DNA of 64,000 nucleotides from Verrucomicrobiota bacterium (GTDB lineage Bacteria; Chlamydiota; Chlamydiia; Chlamydiales; SM23-39): NCBI GenBank assembly GCA_018239895.1, contig JAFEGL010000029.1, positions 64,574 to 128,573 of the forward strand, read 5' to 3'. Shown piece by piece: positions 60,237 to 64,000 of this stretch (position 1 is its first letter; each line of letters starts with the position of its first letter). The notes under the pieces were generated by a model. It saw only the letters and a program-made list of their open reading frames with translations, ran no database searches and was not told where the DNA came from. The position numbers and the translations under genes were made by a program.

Positions 60237-62096
60237 ATGAAATATTGTGATTCGATTTATCAAGTAAAGCGTTGGAAGACGCGCGAAGTGATGGTGGGCG
60301 GAGTTGGAGTCGGCGGGGATAACCCAGTCCGGATCCAATCGATGACCACTTCCGACACACGGGATGCCCCGAAAACGATCGAGCAGATCATGCGGCTGGC
60401 CGACGTCGGCTGCGAGATCGCCCGCGTCACAGTCCAAGGGAAAAAAGAGGCTGAGAGCTGCGAGGCGATCAAGAACGGCCTCGTCGCTAAAGGCTATAAC
60501 ATCCCCGTCGTCGCCGACATCCACTTTTACCCGCCGGCCGCGATGCTTGTTGCCCAGTTCGTCGACAAAATCAGAGTCAATCCAGGCAATTTCGTCGACC
60601 GGCGCGCCAGTTTCAAAGTCATCGACTACGACGACGCAGCTTATGCACTTGAAATAGAAAAAATTGAAGAAGGATTTGCCCCTCTCGTTCAGCTCTGCAA
60701 GCGACTCAAAAAAGCGATCCGCATTGGAACTAACCACGGCTCTCTCTCCGATCGGATCATGAACCGCTATGGCGATACCCCTCGCGGGATGGTCGAATCG
60801 GCTTTTGAGTTTGCCCGCGTCTGCCGGAGGTACGATTATCACGATTTTATCTTTTCAATGAAGGCAAGCAACCCAGTTGTCATGATCCAAGCCTATCGGC
60901 TGCTTGTGGCCGAGATGAAGAAAATTGACTGGAACTATCCGCTCCATCTTGGCGTCACTGAAGCGGGCGAAGGAGAAGACGGCCGGGTCAAATCTTCCAT
61001 CGGCATTGGAACCCTCCTTCTTGACGGCCTCGGCGACACGATCCGCGTTTCTCTGACAGAAGATCCTTGGGCTGAGATCGACCCTTGCAAACGGCTCGTC
61101 AGTTTTGCTGAAAAGAACCTCAATCGCGGCATAGCCCCCTTCATCGAGAAGCATCGCCACTTTGAAGATTTGCGACCCCGAAAAACAACTCTCCCTCGTA
61201 CCCTCCATCGCGACGGAACCGTCCTCCTCAAAGTCGACTCTGAAACCGACTTCAACTCCGAACTGGGCTGCAAAGTCCAACTAGGCCAATTTGAAAAGGG
61301 AATCGACACCCCCGATATTCTCTGGTTCGACACGATTCCGCCCCACCTCGAACCGACAGTCCTCCGCCTCCAAAAAGCAGGCATCGGCATCTTGACGCCG
61401 CAACCTTTCCCGAACGCGATCCGCCTCTCCTCTACGCCCCTCTCCGTCCCATATGCTCTCCACATGCGGCAGCCTGGCCCCATCCCTGAAGGCCCCAAAC
61501 CCCAATTCATCGTCTTCGAGCCCTCCCAATCTCCGCTCCATGAGACGCGTCTTTTGATCGATTACCTATACAACATCGACATCCCCGTTATTTTGGCACT
61601 TTCCTACACGTGCAGCGCCGAGGATCTCCCGATCCACGCGGGCGCCGAAGCGGGAGCCTGCCTCTCCGACAAGCTCGCCGAAGGGATCTGCCTCCTCTCC
61701 GATCAACCCGCCGACTCGCTCCGCAAGCTCTCATTCAATCTTCTCCAAGGAGCCCGGATGAGAACGACCAAGACAGACTTCATCTCCTGTCCCGGTTGCG
61801 GCCGAACGCTCTTCGATCTCCAAGAAGTCTCTCGCCGCATCCGCGAGAAAACTGCTCATCTTCCTGGTGTCAAGATCGCCATCATGGGCTGCATCGTCAA
61901 CGGTCCGGGCGAGATGGCCGACGCCGACTTCGGCTACGTCGGCTCGCGTCCCGAGAAGATCGACCTCTACGTCGGCAAGACCTGCGTTGAGAAGAACATC
62001 GACTTCGCCGACGCCGACCTCCGCCTCATCGAGCTAATCAAAGCCCACGGCAAGTGGAAAGACCCCGAAGAGGCAACGCTATTGTCGAAAAGCTAG
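60237..62096 (+). CDS. ispG: 4-hydroxy-3-methylbut-2-en-1-yl diphosphate synthase, long (insert-containing) form
   Basis: RIQSMT, VADIHF, RVNPGN and IRIGTNHGSL motifs, a large central insertion, then FISCPGCGRT and MGCIVNGPGE. Start set at MKYCDS (60237). Confidence 0.9.
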   Translation: MKYCDSIYQVKRWKTREVMVGGVGVGGDNPVRIQSMTTSDTRDAPKTIEQIMRLADVGCEIARVTVQGKKEAESCEAIKNGLVAKGYNIPVVADIHFYPPAAMLVAQFVDKIRVNPGNFVDRRASFKVIDYDDAAYALEIEKIEEGFAPLVQLCKRLKKAIRIGTNHGSLSDRIMNRYGDTPRGMVESAFEFARVCRRYDYHDFIFSMKASNPVVMIQAYRLLVAEMKKIDWNYPLHLGVTEAGEGEDGRVKSSIGIGTLLLDGLGDTIRVSLTEDPWAEIDPCKRLVSFAEKNLNRGIAPFIEKHRHFEDLRPRKTTLPRTLHRDGTVLLKVDSETDFNSELGCKVQLGQFEKGIDTPDILWFDTIPPHLEPTVLRLQKAGIGILTPQPFPNAIRLSSTPLSVPYALHMRQPGPIPEGPKPQFIVFEPSQSPLHETRLLIDYLYNIDIPVILALSYTCSAEDLPIHAGAEAGACLSDKLAEGICLLSDQPADSLRKLSFNLLQGARMRTTKTDFISCPGCGRTLFDLQEVSRRIREKTAHLPGVKIAIMGCIVNGPGEMADADFGYVGSRPEKIDLYVGKTCVEKNIDFADADLRLIELIKAHGKWKDPEEATLLSKS

Positions 62097-62115
62097 AGCT
62101 TCAATGAATCTCTAA

Positions 62116-62412
62116 ACCACCGCGCCTCTCGTCCTCCCTGAAAGTTATCCAGCTCTTCTAGAGAATATCAAAACCCGCATCCGAGAATTGCAGGTCAAGG
62201 CGATGTCGGTCAACCAGGAGTTGATCAAGCTCCACTGGTGGATCGGTGCGGAGATTGTTAAGCGCCAAGAGACTGAGGAGTGGAAGGCTCAGGTCATTGA
62301 CCGACCCTGTAAAGACACTCAGTCCGGTTTCCTTGGACTAAAGGGATTTTCTCGATCCAATGTTTTCAATATGAGGACATTTTACATGAGTTATTCAAGA
62401 GTCCAACATTAA
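62116..62412 (+). pseudogene. truncated remnant of a DUF1016/YhcG-type (PDDEXK nuclease family) gene, N-terminal ~95 codons only
   Basis: The open frame reads ..LPESYPALLENIKTRIRELQVKAMSVNQELIKLHWWIGAEIVKRQETEEWKAQVIDRPCKDTQSGFLGLKGFSRSNVFNMRTFYMSY. This matches the conserved N-terminus of about 350-aa DUF1016 proteins. There is no ATG at the homologous start, and it ends abutting the GT2-TPR gene. Confidence 0.55.
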
Positions 62413-63404
62413 AGTTTGAGAGCAAGATTTCCGAGCTTGAGTTTTCTAGCGCAGTCGGCAAAGAGCTTGGGGAGATCTGAGTGGTAGATTCCGTATTGGA
62501 CCCACAGATTGTCTTGGGGTAGGGGGATTTTTAGGGCGAACTCGGCAATCAGGTACCCCATCAGATAGTTTCCTTGCTTTTCGTAATGTTTTGCTAGCCA
62601 GAAGAGCGGTTCGGCCCGGGTCGGGCGGAAGAGATAGGCTTTTGTGTAGCTCTGAATGACCGTTTGGGATGGATAGTTGAGTAGATCTTGAAGACCGCCA
62701 ATAATGTAAAGGGACATGAAGACCTCTTCTTCACAGCCGCCCATGGTCGCTCTTTGCGCGTGGGTCTGGATAGCTAGGGCATGTTTGTGGGCGTTTCCGT
62801 AGCTGATCGCGAGATAGAAGACGTAGCGGGAGTTGTGGGGATCGGTTTCGAGGGCCTTTTTTAGGATAGCGGCGTCTTTTAGGTACTTGTCGGGGTCTTG
62901 GAACCGGTGGCCGTCTTGCGTGGTGGAGAGATTGATGACGTGGGGGAGGAGCGCTTTGGTCTTGGGAGTGGGGGAATAGATGCTCTCATGGAGGACGCCG
63001 ATCCAGCTCCAGTCGAGGGAGGAGTCGATGAGGCTGATCCGGTGATACCGGTTGCCGTCCTGGTGCACTTCGATCGTGTAGCAGTCGAAGGTGAGGGGAG
63101 GGAGAATGAAGGAGGGGGCGTAGATGAATTGCTCGTCGGCATCGAGAAAAAGGATGTAGTCGGCGTGGGGTTTGGCGAGCTCAAGCGCTTCGTTTCGGTT
63201 GTGGGAGAAGTCGACCCAGGGGCGGGAGTGGAGCTTGCCAGGGATCGATTTGAGGGTGGAGAGAATTTCCTCTTGGGTTCCGTCAGTGGAGCCGGTGTCG
63301 ACAATGACCCAGGTGTCGATTATTCTTTTAACTGAATCAAGACATCTTCGAATAATCTTCGATTCGTTTTTAACAATCATATTTAAGCAAATTTTCTTTT
63401 TCAT
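62409..63404 (-). CDS. family-2 glycosyltransferase with C-terminal TPR-like domain (paralogue C)
   Basis: CLNMIVKNESKIIRRCLDSVK, IVDTGSTDGTQEEI, RPWVDFSHNRNEAL, FLDADE, IGVLHE, FYLAISY: the same architecture as the tandem pair at 2945-5094. Confidence 0.8.
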   Translation of the reverse strand: MKKKICLNMIVKNESKIIRRCLDSVKRIIDTWVIVDTGSTDGTQEEILSTLKSIPGKLHSRPWVDFSHNRNEALELAKPHADYILFLDADEQFIYAPSFILPPLTFDCYTIEVHQDGNRYHRISLIDSSLDWSWIGVLHESIYSPTPKTKALLPHVINLSTTQDGHRFQDPDKYLKDAAILKKALETDPHNSRYVFYLAISYGNAHKHALAIQTHAQRATMGGCEEEVFMSLYIIGGLQDLLNYPSQTVIQSYTKAYLFRPTRAEPLFWLAKHYEKQGNYLMGYLIAEFALKIPLPQDNLWVQYGIYHSDLPKLFADCARKLKLGNLALKL

Positions 63405-63513
63405 TTTATTATCAATTTATTTCTTGGTCAGAATAGCTTCGGCCGGCAATTTTGCATAGCAGATTTTATAGGGATGGTGGTATAGTTGGTGGTTGAATTA
63501 TTTGAGAATTTAT

Positions 63514-64000
63514 ATGAAACCTAAGTACGACCCGAGAGCCGTTGAACGAAAATGGCAAAAGATCTGGAAAGAGACGAAGATCTTTAAAACCGAAATCGAC
63601 AAATCGAAACCGAAATATTACGTCCTCGATATGTTTCCCTATCCTTCGGGCGCTGGCCTCCATGTTGGCCACGTCACGGGGTACACAGGAACCGACATCA
63701 TCTCAAGGTATAAAAGACAGAAGGGTTTTAACGTATTACACCCGATGGGTTGGGACAGTTTTGGTCTCCCCGCCGAGCAATATGCGATCCGGACCGGAAC
63801 CCACCCGGCGAAAACGACCAAGCAAAACATCGATACCTACAGACGGCAGCTCCAGGCTCTCGGCTATTGCTACGATTGGGATCGGGAAATCGCTACTTCT
63901 GATGCGACCTATTATAAATGGACCCAGTGGATCTTCACGAAGCTCTTTGAAAAGGGGCTGGCCTACGAAGCGGAGATCCAGGTTAACTTCTGCCCAGCGC
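63514..64000 (+). CDS. leuS: leucyl-tRNA synthetase, N-terminal part (continues beyond window)
   Basis: [36 protein letters not shown] (HIGH motif), [13 protein letters not shown]. Confidence 0.95.
   Translation, partial: MKPKYDPRAVERKWQKIWKETKIFKTEIDKSKPKYYVLDMFPYPSGAGLHVGHVTGYTGTDIISRYKRQKGFNVLHPMGWDSFGLPAEQYAIRTGTHPAKTTKQNIDTYRRQLQALGYCYDWDREIATSDATYYKWTQWIFTKLFEKGLAYEAEIQVNFCPA

Noticed and set aside
1-64000. Search by eye for rRNA genes, tRNA genes and CRISPR arrays (regularly spaced direct repeats).
   Set aside because: No cloverleaf-compatible intergenic segment, rRNA-like conserved block or periodic repeat array was seen. Intergenic spaces are mostly under 100 bp. tRNAscan, Infernal or a CRISPR finder should confirm this.

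Overview
Gene-dense 64-kb chromosomal segment with about 67 protein-coding genes. I found no rRNA, tRNA or CRISPR array by eye. The housekeeping backbone and its local gene order look like Chlamydiota (PVC superphylum): dxs-xseB-xseA, tpiA-secG-def, lptD, maf, ybeY-tlyC, rnr, folD-suhB, rpmG-lolCE-lolD, tsaD, kdsB / pyrG-ruvX-zwf-pgl, PPi-dependent PFK, long-form ispG and leuS. Several eukaryote-like domain proteins point to an environmental, protist-associated chlamydia with a fairly GC-rich, C-ending codon usage. This taxon call is inference from gene content only.

Accessory content inserted into this backbone:
1. A 6.9-kb polymorphic-toxin island (43.1-50.0 kb). It holds a Sec-signal Rhs/YD-repeat protein with an AT-rich, unassigned C-terminal toxin tip, followed by four translationally coupled small AT-rich ORFs (candidate immunity array). 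It sits on the opposite strand between pyrG and kdsB.
2. Three paralogous soluble GT2+TPR glycosyltransferases: a tandem pair at 2.9-5.1 kb and a single copy at 62.4-63.4 kb.
3. Eukaryote-like candidate effectors: a membrane-anchored USP/C19 deubiquitinase-like protein, a MYND-zinc-finger protein, Sel1 and HEAT/TPR repeat proteins, and a small Cys-cluster paralogue family.
4. A 173-bp MITE-like element with 18-bp terminal inverted repeats and a 10-bp flanking direct repeat, at the folD/HAD junction.
5. Several long GC-rich hairpins.
6. Two tandem very basic mini-ORFs and rpmG, all below the ORF-track length cutoff.
7. A truncated DUF1016 remnant.

All functional calls come from motif recognition by eye. 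No database search or numeric composition calculation was run.
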